From the NCBI RefSeq assembly GCF_001598795.1, contig NZ_BCZP01000006.1, positions 120,001-152,000 on the forward strand: a stretch of DNA of 32,000 nucleotides. Reading direction: 5' to 3'. The DNA comes from Delftia acidovorans NBRC 14950 (GTDB taxonomy: Bacteria; Pseudomonadota; Gammaproteobacteria; Burkholderiales; Burkholderiaceae_C). The position numbers were made by a program, and so were the translations under genes. The notes under the pieces were generated by a model that saw only the letters and a program-made list of their open reading frames with translations, had not been told where the DNA came from and searched no databases. This document shows, piece by piece, positions 16,708 through 24,401 of the stretch (positions are counted from its first letter, which is position 1; each line of letters starts with the position of its first letter).

Positions 16708-17821
16708 GGCCAAGCAGTTGCAGTGAATCGGCGCCCAGCGCCTGTTGAAGGGAAGACAGCGCGTCCGGCGAGAGCGGGGAGAGCGACGACGGCAGATCCT
16801 GCACCGGCACGCCCACCAGCAGGCGGCCCTGCGAACGCCCGCGCATGCAGTCCAGGCCACCCTGCAGCAAACGGGCACGCGGGCCCAGCACCTGGAGCTG
16901 CGCCAGCGGCAGGCCCTGCTGGCTGCCGCCGTCGGCCCATCCGATGGCCAGCACGGCGATGGCCTCCAGGCCATCGGCCGCCGCCACCAGTTCCAGGTCC
17001 GCCGCCAAGGCCTGCCGCAGCGGCCGCAGCAGCGCACGCGCTGCCTCCGAGCGCGGTGCCGCAAACAGCTGCCAGACCTCGCCGATCTCCTGCAGCCTGC
17101 CCTGGTCCAGCACCAGCACGCGGTCGCAAACTTCGCGGATCACGGCCATGTCGTGCGTGATGAGCACGATGGTCAGCTGCAGCTTGCGGTTGATCTCGCG
17201 CAGCAGCTCCAGGATGGACTGCGTGGTCTCGGGGTCCAGGGCCGAGGTGGCCTCGTCGCACAGCAGGATTTCGGGCTCGTGCACCAGGGCACGCGCAATG
17301 CCCACGCGCTGCTTTTGCCCGCCCGAGAGCTGGGCCGGATAGGCGCCGCTCTTGTCCGCCAGCCCCACCAGGGCCAGCAGCTCGTCCACCCGCGCGCGCA
17401 CGAGCGCGGGCCGCCAGCCCGCGGCCTGCAGCGGCAGGGCCACGTTCTCGTACACCGTGCGCGAGGACAGGAGGTTGAAGTGCTGGAAGATCATGCCGAT
17501 GCGCCGGCGCAGCGCCACCAGCGCGTCCTCGTCCAGCGTGGCGACATCGGTGCCGTCCACCAGCACGCGGCCGCTGCTGGGCCGCTCCAGCGCATTGATG
17601 GTGCGCAGCAGCGTGGATTTGCCGGCGCCGCTGCGGCCGATGATGCCGAACACCTCGGCACGCGCCACCTCGAAGCTCAGCGCCTGCAGCGCGTGCACGG
17701 GCTCGCCCGCGCCCCTTCCCGTGCCCGGGTAGTGCTTGCGCACGCCCTCGAAGACGATGTGCGGCCGCTGCAGCGCATCGATTGCATGGGGCTCGCCGGC
17801 CGCCGCCTGTTCCACCTTCAT
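16685..17821 (-). CDS. metN: Methionine ABC transporter ATP-binding protein with a C-terminal NIL-type regulatory domain.
   Basis: Walker [10 protein letters not shown], signature [15 protein letters not shown], Walker [13 protein letters not shown]. About 110 aa of C-terminal extension. Confidence 0.88.
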   Translation of the reverse strand: MKVEQAAAGEPHAIDALQRPHIVFEGVRKHYPGTGRGAGEPVHALQALSFEVARAEVFGIIGRSGAGKSTLLRTINALERPSSGRVLVDGTDVATLDEDALVALRRRIGMIFQHFNLLSSRTVYENVALPLQAAGWRPALVRARVDELLALVGLADKSGAYPAQLSGGQKQRVGIARALVHEPEILLCDEATSALDPETTQSILELLREINRKLQLTIVLITHDMAVIREVCDRVLVLDQGRLQEIGEVWQLFAAPRSEAARALLRPLRQALAADLELVAAADGLEAIAVLAIGWADGGSQQGLPLAQLQVLGPRARLLQGGLDCMRGRSQGRLLVGVPVQDLPSSLSPLSPDALSSLQQALGADSLQLLGHVPAPAR

Positions 17822-17834
17822 TGCCTTACACGCC

Positions 17835-18647
17835 TCAGAAGGCCGGCAGCACCGAGCCCTGGTACCTGCTCACGATGAACTGGCGCACGGGCTCGGACTG
17901 GTAGGCGCGCAGCAGGGCCGCGACCCAGGGTGCAGCGCGGTCGCGCTCGTGCACGGCAATGATGTTCACGTAGGGATTGCGCTCGCGCCTTTCGACGGCA
18001 ATGCCATCGCGCGTGGCGATCAGCCCCGCCTGGTAGGCAAAGCTGTTGACGATGGCCGAGGCATCGAGATCGTCCAGCGAGCGCGCCAGCACCACCGAGG
18101 CCGCCTCCACCAGCTGCACCTTCTTCTGGTAGCTGGCGATGTCGCCCAGGCCCGCCGTGCCCTTGAAGGGGTCGAAGCCCTCGCGCAGCTTCAGGATGCC
18201 CTGGTCCTGCAGCACCACCAGCGCGCGCGTCTGGTTGCTGGGATCGTTGGGAATGCCCAGGCGTGCGCCAGCGGGCAGGTCGGCCAGGCGTTTGTGTTTT
18301 TTCGAATAGAAGGCGATGGGCGAGATGTAGGTGTCGCCGGCCGCCACCAGCCGGTAGCCGCGCTGCTGGTTCTGGTCGCGCAGGAACGGCACATGCTGGA
18401 AGGAGTTGGCCTCGATGTCGCCGTTGTTCAGCGCCTCGTTGGGGCTGGCCGCGCCGCTGATGACCACGGGCTTGACCTGCAGCCCCTGCTCGCGCGCCAC
18501 GCGGGTCACCACCTCCCAGATTTCCTCGTCCACGCCGCCGCGCACGCCCACGCGCAGCGGGCCGGCCTGCGCGGCGCGGATGGCGCCTGACATCGCCGCC
18601 ACCGAGGCCCCCGCCGCCAGTCCCCGCAGAAATACTCGCTTGTCCAT
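17835..18647 (-). CDS. metQ: MetQ/NlpA-family periplasmic methionine-binding protein (no lipobox Cys).
   Basis: Contains N-terminal signal peptide [28 protein letters not shown]. Family motifs are [16 protein letters not shown] and NIIAV. AAGGA lies 8 nt upstream of the ATG. Confidence 0.85.
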   Translation of the reverse strand: MDKRVFLRGLAAGASVAAMSGAIRAAQAGPLRVGVRGGVDEEIWEVVTRVAREQGLQVKPVVISGAASPNEALNNGDIEANSFQHVPFLRDQNQQRGYRLVAAGDTYISPIAFYSKKHKRLADLPAGARLGIPNDPSNQTRALVVLQDQGILKLREGFDPFKGTAGLGDIASYQKKVQLVEAASVVLARSLDDLDASAIVNSFAYQAGLIATRDGIAVERRERNPYVNIIAVHERDRAAPWVAALLRAYQSEPVRQFIVSRYQGSVLPAF

Positions 18648-18666
18648 CGCACAGTCCTTTCAAGAA

Positions 18667-19770
18667 TCAATAGGCACCAGGGTGCAACTCACGGCCGGCC
18701 GCGCGGGCCTGGGCCTGCAGGCGGGCGAAATGCTCGGGATAGAAGCGCTGGGCCACATCCAGGTGGGAGCGCACGCGGCCCTTGAGCGCGTTCTCGCCCA
18801 CATGGCTGAACAGCGGGTTGTCCGGGTCGCTCTGCGGCCCCGTGGCCAGCACGGCCAGCTCGGGCGGCAGGGTCAGCAGCGGCACCTGGCCCAGGTCCAG
18901 GCGCGGCGCCAGGAAGTAGGCGATGGAGTAGCGCTGCACGCCCGCGCGCGGCACCAGCACGCGATGCACGTTGGCGCGCAGATAGCCGTTGGTGGCCAGC
19001 TCCAGCATCTCGCCGATGTTGATGACGAAGGCCCCGTCGCGCGGCGGCACATCGACCCAGCCGGCCGGCGTCTCCACCTGCAGCCCGCCCACCTCGTCCT
19101 GCAGCAGCAGGGTCAGCAGGCCGCCGTCCTTGTGCGCGCCCACGCCCTGGCCTGCTGCGCCCAGCTCGCTGCCCGGGTAGTGGATGATCTTGATGCGGTG
19201 CGCAGGCAGACCGCTGACCAGGGCGTCCAGCGCGCCCTCGGGCAGCTGCAGCGCGGCCACGAAGTGGCGCAGCAGCTCCAGCGCCACGCCATGCGCTGCC
19301 GCCTGCCAGGCCAGCACCTCCTCGCGGAACCCGGGCAGGGCCTGCGGCCACTGGTTGGGGCCTTGCAGCCCCTTCCAGTCCGGCACGCCGGGGCCTGCGG
19401 GAATCTCGGGCGATTCCTCGCCCAGGTCGATCTGCTCGCGCTGGTCGGGCCGCTGGCGCGTGATCTCCATGCCCACGGCCGTATAGCCCCGGAAGTGCCG
19501 CGTGTTGGCAATGGCCAGCGCCTGCTTGTCCGCCAGCGGCTGCGCAAAGAATTCGCGCGCGCGCCGCTGTATGCCCAGCCATGCGTCCCGGTCTATGCCG
19601 TGCCCTTCCAGGTAGAAGAAGCCGGTGTCGCGTGCCGTGCGCGCCAGCTGGCGCAGCGCCTGGGCCTGCGTGGCCGGGTCGCGCAGGGCCTGCAGATCGA
19701 TGACGGGCAGGGCCGGGGTTGCCGCTGTGGCGGCGGGCGCGTCGAGAGTGGATGCTGTCAAGGTGCTCAT
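18667..19770 (-). CDS. 2-oxoglutarate/Fe(II)-dependent oxygenase of the isopenicillin-N-synthase / ACC-oxidase family.
   Basis: N-terminal DIOX_N-like LPVIDLQAL...GFFYLEGHGI. Facial triad H-x-D in GAHKDGGLLTLLLQD plus NVHRV. The 2OG-binding R-x-S is in RYSIAYF. Confidence 0.85.
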   Translation of the reverse strand: MSTLTASTLDAPAATAATPALPVIDLQALRDPATQAQALRQLARTARDTGFFYLEGHGIDRDAWLGIQRRAREFFAQPLADKQALAIANTRHFRGYTAVGMEITRQRPDQREQIDLGEESPEIPAGPGVPDWKGLQGPNQWPQALPGFREEVLAWQAAAHGVALELLRHFVAALQLPEGALDALVSGLPAHRIKIIHYPGSELGAAGQGVGAHKDGGLLTLLLQDEVGGLQVETPAGWVDVPPRDGAFVINIGEMLELATNGYLRANVHRVLVPRAGVQRYSIAYFLAPRLDLGQVPLLTLPPELAVLATGPQSDPDNPLFSHVGENALKGRVRSHLDVAQRFYPEHFARLQAQARAAGRELHPGAY

Positions 19771-19805
19771 GCTGTGCTGCCAGGGAAGTGGGAAGGAAGG
19801 GACGC

Positions 19806-21197
19806 TCAGGCCGCCAGGCGCTGATCGCGGTCTTGTTCGCGGTCTTGTTCGCGTTCTGCAGCCAACACCGCATGGTCCAGCGCCTGTTCCAGATCGGCCA
19901 GCAGGTCCTGCGGATGCTCTATGCCGATGGACAGGCGCACCAGCCCGGGCGCAATGCCCACGCGCGCCAGTTCCTCGTCGCTGAGCAGGCTGTGCGTGGT
20001 CTCGGCAGGAATGGCGGCCAGCGACTTGCTGTCGCCGATGTTGACCAGGCGCAGGAACAGGCGCAGCGCGTCATAGAAGGCGCGCGCCGCCGGCCGGCCG
20101 CCGCGCAGCTCGAAGCCCAGCAGCGCCGGCACATGCCCGCCGCGCAGCTGGCGCAGGGCCAGCGCGTGGTCGGCGTGGCCGCTCTGGCTGGCGTGGTGTA
20201 TGCGCTCCACCAGCGGATGGCGCTGCAGGAAATCGATCACGGCCAGCGTGTTGCGGCTGGCGCGCTCCTGGCGCAGGCCCAGTGTCTCCAGCCCCTGCAG
20301 CAGCAGGAAGGCGCTGTGCGGCGCCAGCGCCGCGCCGCAGTTGCGCAGCAGCACGGCACGGGCCCGCGCGATGAAGGCGCGGTCGGGAAATTTCTCGGTG
20401 AAGACAAAGCCCTGGTAGGCCGGCTCGGGCGCGCTGAACTGCGGGTAGCGCCCCGCGTGTGCCACCCAGTCGAAGCGGCCGCTGTCCACGATCAGCCCGC
20501 CCAGCACATTGCCGTGTCCGCCGATGGCCTTGGTGGCCGAATGCACGACGATGTCGGCGCCCCAGTCGAAGGGCCGCAGCAGCAGCGGCGAAGCCACGGT
20601 GTTGTCCACCACCAGCGCCACGCCCGCCGCATGGCTGATATCGGCCAGCTGGCGCAGGTCGGCAATGCCGCCCGATGGATTGCCCACGGACTCCACGAAC
20701 ACGGCCTTGGTGCGCGGCCCTATCGCCCGGTGCAACGCCTGGAAATCATCCTTGGCCACGGCCGTGCTCTGCACGCCGCGCGAGGCCAGCACATGGGCGA
20801 TGAAGTTGTGCGTGCCGCCATACAGCTGCGAGGCCACGACCACATGGTCGCCCGCACTGGCCAGCGTGGCCAGCGCCACGTCGATGGCGGCCATGCCCGA
20901 GGCCAGGGCCAGCGCGGCCACGCCGCCTTCGAGTGCCGCAATGCGCTGCTCCAGCACCGCCAGCGTGGGGTTGGCCGTGCGCGAGTACACATCGCCCTCC
21001 TCCACCAGGCCGAACAGGTTGGCGCCGTGCTGGGCGCTGTCGAACACGAAGGAGGTGCTCTGGTAGATGGGCACGGCCGCGCTGCGCTGCTGCTCTCGCC
21101 CCCGGTAGCCGGCGTGCAGGGCCTGGGTGTCCTGCTGCCACAGCGCATCGCTGGCTGCGTCGTGCGGGGCGGACTCGGTGCCGGTCGCTGAGGTCAT
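19806..21197 (-). CDS. Cys/Met-metabolism PLP enzyme, O-acetylhomoserine sulfhydrylase (MetY)-like.
   Basis: TQALHAGY..., VPIYQSTSFVF, ALEGGVAALALASGMAAI, and the PLP-lysine motif HSATKAIGGHG. The start is set at the ATG at 21197 (MTSATG), preceded by GGAG. Confidence 0.85.
   Translation of the reverse strand: MTSATGTESAPHDAASDALWQQDTQALHAGYRGREQQRSAAVPIYQSTSFVFDSAQHGANLFGLVEEGDVYSRTANPTLAVLEQRIAALEGGVAALALASGMAAIDVALATLASAGDHVVVASQLYGGTHNFIAHVLASRGVQSTAVAKDDFQALHRAIGPRTKAVFVESVGNPSGGIADLRQLADISHAAGVALVVDNTVASPLLLRPFDWGADIVVHSATKAIGGHGNVLGGLIVDSGRFDWVAHAGRYPQFSAPEPAYQGFVFTEKFPDRAFIARARAVLLRNCGAALAPHSAFLLLQGLETLGLRQERASRNTLAVIDFLQRHPLVERIHHASQSGHADHALALRQLRGGHVPALLGFELRGGRPAARAFYDALRLFLRLVNIGDSKSLAAIPAETTHSLLSDEELARVGIAPGLVRLSIGIEHPQDLLADLEQALDHAVLAAEREQDREQDRDQRLAA
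19827..19850 (-). repeat. 12-bp tandem repeat (GCGGTCTTGTTC x2 on the plus strand) encoding the acidic tail EREQDREQDRDQ of the MetY-like protein.
   Basis: Read directly from the sequence: atcGCGGTCTTGTTCGCGGTCTTGTTCgcgttctg. Confidence 0.85.
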
Positions 21198-21415
21198 GCA
21201 TGGACTCCGTATGAGTGGTCGATGCAGCCCATTATTCGAAGCCCGCGCCCTGCGCACTACGAAGAAAAACGCGTTCGCTTATTCGGTTTGCGCATGTCGC
21301 CGAGCCGCTGCTTTCCTAGTTGCCACGCACATATGGATGCGCGTTTTGCGTCGTTGGAAACACGGCACTCAGCGGACAGCATCGGCAGTCCCGAAACTGC
21401 TTTGGAGGGAGTTCC
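21198..21415. promoter_or_regulatory. Divergent 218-bp control region between the MetY-like operon and the ABC/cytochrome operon.
   Basis: It is relatively AT-rich for this genome. It holds the direct repeat TTATTCG at 21232-21238 and 21279-21285, the palindrome AACGCGTT at 21268-21275, and a strong SD GGAGGGAG before the ATG at 21416. No operator was identified with confidence. Confidence 0.5.
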
Positions 21416-22522
21416 ATGACCCGCAAGACCCAGACCGAGATCGACAGGACCCAGGACAGCCGCTGCGCCCATGGCGCCGATTGCGGTGCTTTCGGGGCGC
21501 TCGATGCTCCCGAGGCGACCGAGCCCTCGCTCTCGCGCCGCACCCTGATCCGCGCCGGCGCCGCAGCCGGCGCGCTGGGATCGGCCGCCTGGTTCAGCGG
21601 CCGCGCCGGGGCGCAGCCGCGCCAGAAGATCACCTTTGCCTGGAGCCAGGCCAGCTTCTGCCATTCGCCCATTCCCGTGGCGCTGGAGCGCGGCTTCTTC
21701 GAGCGCAACGGCCTGGACGTGGAACTGCTGAACTGGGGCGGCTCGGCCGACCAGTTGCTGGAGGCGCTGGCCACGGGCAAGGCCGATGCGGGCGCGGGCC
21801 TGATCCACCGCTGGATCAAGCCGCTGGAGGCGGGGCTGGATGTCAAGCTCATCGGCAGCGTGCACGGCGGCTGCCTGCGCCTGGTGGGCCTGAAGTCGGC
21901 CGGCGTCACGCTGGACCCCAGGACGCTCAAGGGCAAGACCATCGGCGTGGCCGATCTCAACAGCCCGGCCAAGCAGTTCTATTCCATCCACCTGGCCAAG
22001 CGCGGCCTGGATGTGGACAAGGACATCGAATGGCGCGTCTACCCGGCCGACCTGCTGGATGTGGCCGCGAAAAAAGGCGAGATCCAGGCCATTGCCGACG
22101 GCGACCCCAATCTCTACCTGATCGAAAAGCGCAACCCCGGCACCTTCCTCGAACTGGGCAACAGCGCCAAGAACGAGTACGCCGAAAGCATTTGCTGCGT
22201 GATCGGCGCAGGCGCAAAGTTCGCCCGGGCCAACAAGCCCGCAGCGGCCAGCGTGGTGCGCGCGCTGACCCAGGCCTCGGACTACATCGCCGAGAACCCC
22301 AACGAAACGGCGAAGATCTTTGCCAAGTACTCGCCCAAGGTGCCCGTCGAGGACCTGCAGCGCCTGCTGGCCGAGCTGACCTTCAAGCACCATCCGCACG
22401 GCAAGCCGCTGCGCGACGAGGTCCAGGCCTTTGCGGCCGACTTCCGCACGGCCGGCGTGCTCAAGAAGCAGACCGACCCTGGCCGCTTTGCCAGCCACAT
22501 CACGCTGGACGTCCTCGCATGA
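21416..22522 (+). CDS. NitT/TauT (NMT1/THI5-like) family ABC substrate-binding protein with a twin-arginine signal.
   Basis: The Tat motif SRRTLIRAGAAAGALGSAAW is followed by AGA-QP. The mature part resembles sulfonate/nitrate/HMP-type binding proteins (ITFAWSQ..., LLEALATGKADAG, GKTIGVADLNSPA). The start at 21416 follows GGAGGGAG. Confidence 0.8.
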   Translation: MTRKTQTEIDRTQDSRCAHGADCGAFGALDAPEATEPSLSRRTLIRAGAAAGALGSAAWFSGRAGAQPRQKITFAWSQASFCHSPIPVALERGFFERNGLDVELLNWGGSADQLLEALATGKADAGAGLIHRWIKPLEAGLDVKLIGSVHGGCLRLVGLKSAGVTLDPRTLKGKTIGVADLNSPAKQFYSIHLAKRGLDVDKDIEWRVYPADLLDVAAKKGEIQAIADGDPNLYLIEKRNPGTFLELGNSAKNEYAESICCVIGAGAKFARANKPAAASVVRALTQASDYIAENPNETAKIFAKYSPKVPVEDLQRLLAELTFKHHPHGKPLRDEVQAFAADFRTAGVLKKQTDPGRFASHITLDVLA

Positions 22523-23574
22523 GCACCGCAAGACCACGCTGGCGCCTGGGCGCCACGGATGCCGCACCCGGCCTGGAGCGGGAACAGGCGCAGGGCACGC
22601 GCAAGGCCGGCCCCTGGCGCACTGGCCTGCTGGCCGCCGCCGCCTGGGCCGGCCTGGGCATGCTGACCCTGCTGTGGCCCAACAAGGAGATCGGCTTCAG
22701 CGAATGGGCATTCACGCAGGAATTCGGCATTGCCGCCCTGGTCGTGGCCCTTTTGCTGCTGGCATCGGCCGCGCTGCCTGTGCGACCCGTACGGGCAGCA
22801 CGGCGCATCGACCGCTGGCTGCGCCCGGCCGGTGCCTGGCTGGTGGCCGCGCCGCTGCTGCTGGCGCTGTGGGAGACGCTTACGGCCAAGCTCGGCGCGC
22901 TGCCGCCGCCGTTCTTCGCACCGCCGCAAAGCCTGATCGACGTGGTCCATGAGGACTGGCAGCGCCTGGGCCTGTCCACGCTGTATTCGCTGCGGCTGCT
23001 GCTCAACGGCATCGTGTTCGGCGCGGTGATCGGGTTTCTCACGGGCGTGTGGATAGGCTGGTCGCGCATCGCGGGCTACTGGGTGCATCCGCTGCTGCGC
23101 TTCCTGGGGCCGGTGCCGGCCTCGGCCCTGCTGCCGCTGGCCTTTTTCTTCGCGCCGTCCAGCTACTCGGCAGCCGTGTTCCTGGTGGCGCTGGCCACGT
23201 TCTTTCCGGTGGCCGTGCTGACCTGGTCGGGCGTGGCATCGGTCAGCAAGAGCTACTACGACGTGGCGCGCACGCTGGGCGCATCGCCCTGGTTCCTGGT
23301 GCTGCGCGTGGCCATCCCGGCCGCCCTGCCCCAGGTCTTCGTGGGCCTGTTCATGGGGCTGGGCGCCTCGTTCTCGGTGCTGATCACGGCCGAGATGATG
23401 GGCGTCAAGGCCGGCCTGGGCTGGTATCTGCAGTGGGCCCAGGGCTGGGCAGCCTACGCCAACATGTACACGGCGCTGCTGGTCATGGCCGTGCTGTGCT
23501 CGGGCCTGATCACGCTGCTGTTCACCGTGCGCGACCGCACGTTGTCGTGGCAGAAGGGAACCGTCAAATGGTGA
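22519..23574 (+). CDS. NitT/TauT-family ABC permease with an N-terminal extension of about 100 aa.
   Basis: The core matches SsuC/TauC-type permeases (LLLALWETLTAKLGALPPPFFAPPQSL, then the EAA-like YYDVARTLGASPWFLVLRVAIPAALPQ). Its ATG overlaps the binding-protein stop (ATGA at 22519-22522). It forms the 3-prime part of an 815-aa spurious track ORF. Confidence 0.85.
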   Translation: MSTARPRWRLGATDAAPGLEREQAQGTRKAGPWRTGLLAAAAWAGLGMLTLLWPNKEIGFSEWAFTQEFGIAALVVALLLLASAALPVRPVRAARRIDRWLRPAGAWLVAAPLLLALWETLTAKLGALPPPFFAPPQSLIDVVHEDWQRLGLSTLYSLRLLLNGIVFGAVIGFLTGVWIGWSRIAGYWVHPLLRFLGPVPASALLPLAFFFAPSSYSAAVFLVALATFFPVAVLTWSGVASVSKSYYDVARTLGASPWFLVLRVAIPAALPQVFVGLFMGLGASFSVLITAEMMGVKAGLGWYLQWAQGWAAYANMYTALLVMAVLCSGLITLLFTVRDRTLSWQKGTVKW

Positions 23575-24389
23575 TTGCCGCAGAACACGCCGCCAACGCC
23601 GCAGCCACGCCCGCCATCGCAGGGGCGGCCCTAGCCGGCGCGGCCATCGATGTGCAGGCCGTCAGCCACTGGTTCGGCCAGGGACAGGGCGCGCTGCAGG
23701 TGCTCGACGAGGTCAGCCTGCAGGTGCGGCCCGGCGAGTTCGTCGCCCTGCTGGGCCCCAGCGGCTGCGGCAAGTCCACGCTGCTGCGCCTGGTGGCCGG
23801 GCTGGACGCGCCCACGGCCGGCGCCGTGGCGCAGGACGGCACGGCCATCACCGAGCCCGATCCCTCGCGCATCGTCGTCTTCCAGGACCCCACGCTGTTT
23901 CCCTGGCGCACGGTGCGCGGCAACGTGGCCCTGGGCCTGCAGGCACGCGGCCTGCTGGACAGCCAGGCCCACCGCATCGACGAGGCCCTGCGCCTGGTGG
24001 GGCTGGAGGATTTCGCGGACAGCCATCCCCACCAGCTGTCGGGCGGCATGGCCCAGCGCGCGGCCCTGGCGCGCGCCCTGGTCAACGACCCGCGCCTGCT
24101 GATCCTGGACGAGCCGCTGGGCAAGCTCGACTCGCTGACGCGGCTGGCCATGCAAAGCGAGATCCTCAAGATCTGGCAGCGCGCAGGCTTTTCCGTGCTG
24201 CTGGTCACGCACGATGTGGAAGAGGCCCTCTTCCTGGCCCACCGCGTGCTGGTCTTCAGCCAGCGGCCCGCCCGCATCGTGGCCGAGATCGATGTGGACC
24301 TGCCCTACCCGCGCCAGCGCGGCCACGCCCGCCTGTCCGAGCTGCGCCACGAGGCCCTGCGCCACCTGGGCCTGGACCAGACCTGGTAG
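23568..24389 (+). CDS. NitT/TauT-family ABC transporter ATP-binding protein.
   Basis: Walker A GPSGCGKST, signature LSGGMAQRAALARAL, Walker B LLILDEP, H-loop VTHD. It overlaps the permease end by 7 nt. Confidence 0.88.
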   Translation: MVIAAEHAANAAATPAIAGAALAGAAIDVQAVSHWFGQGQGALQVLDEVSLQVRPGEFVALLGPSGCGKSTLLRLVAGLDAPTAGAVAQDGTAITEPDPSRIVVFQDPTLFPWRTVRGNVALGLQARGLLDSQAHRIDEALRLVGLEDFADSHPHQLSGGMAQRAALARALVNDPRLLILDEPLGKLDSLTRLAMQSEILKIWQRAGFSVLLVTHDVEEALFLAHRVLVFSQRPARIVAEIDVDLPYPRQRGHARLSELRHEALRHLGLDQTW

Positions 24390-24401
24390 CGCCCGCCTCC
24401 G

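Noticed and set aside
14734-17160. 808-aa plus-strand ORF, together with the family of overlapping plus-strand ORFs at 16745-17878, 17736-18590, 18406-19824 and 19719-21191.
   Set aside because: All of them are antisense to well-supported minus-strand genes (CysB-like, VOC, metI, metN, metQ, oxygenase, MetY-like). They are Arg/Ala/Gly/Pro/Gln-rich and have no domain signatures.
21127-22518. N-terminal 464 codons of the 815-aa plus-strand ORF 21127-23574.
   Set aside because: This part overlaps the divergent promoter region and, in a different frame, the binding-protein gene. Its product is Arg/Pro/Gly-rich nonsense. Only the segment from the ATG at 22519 onwards is a real permease.
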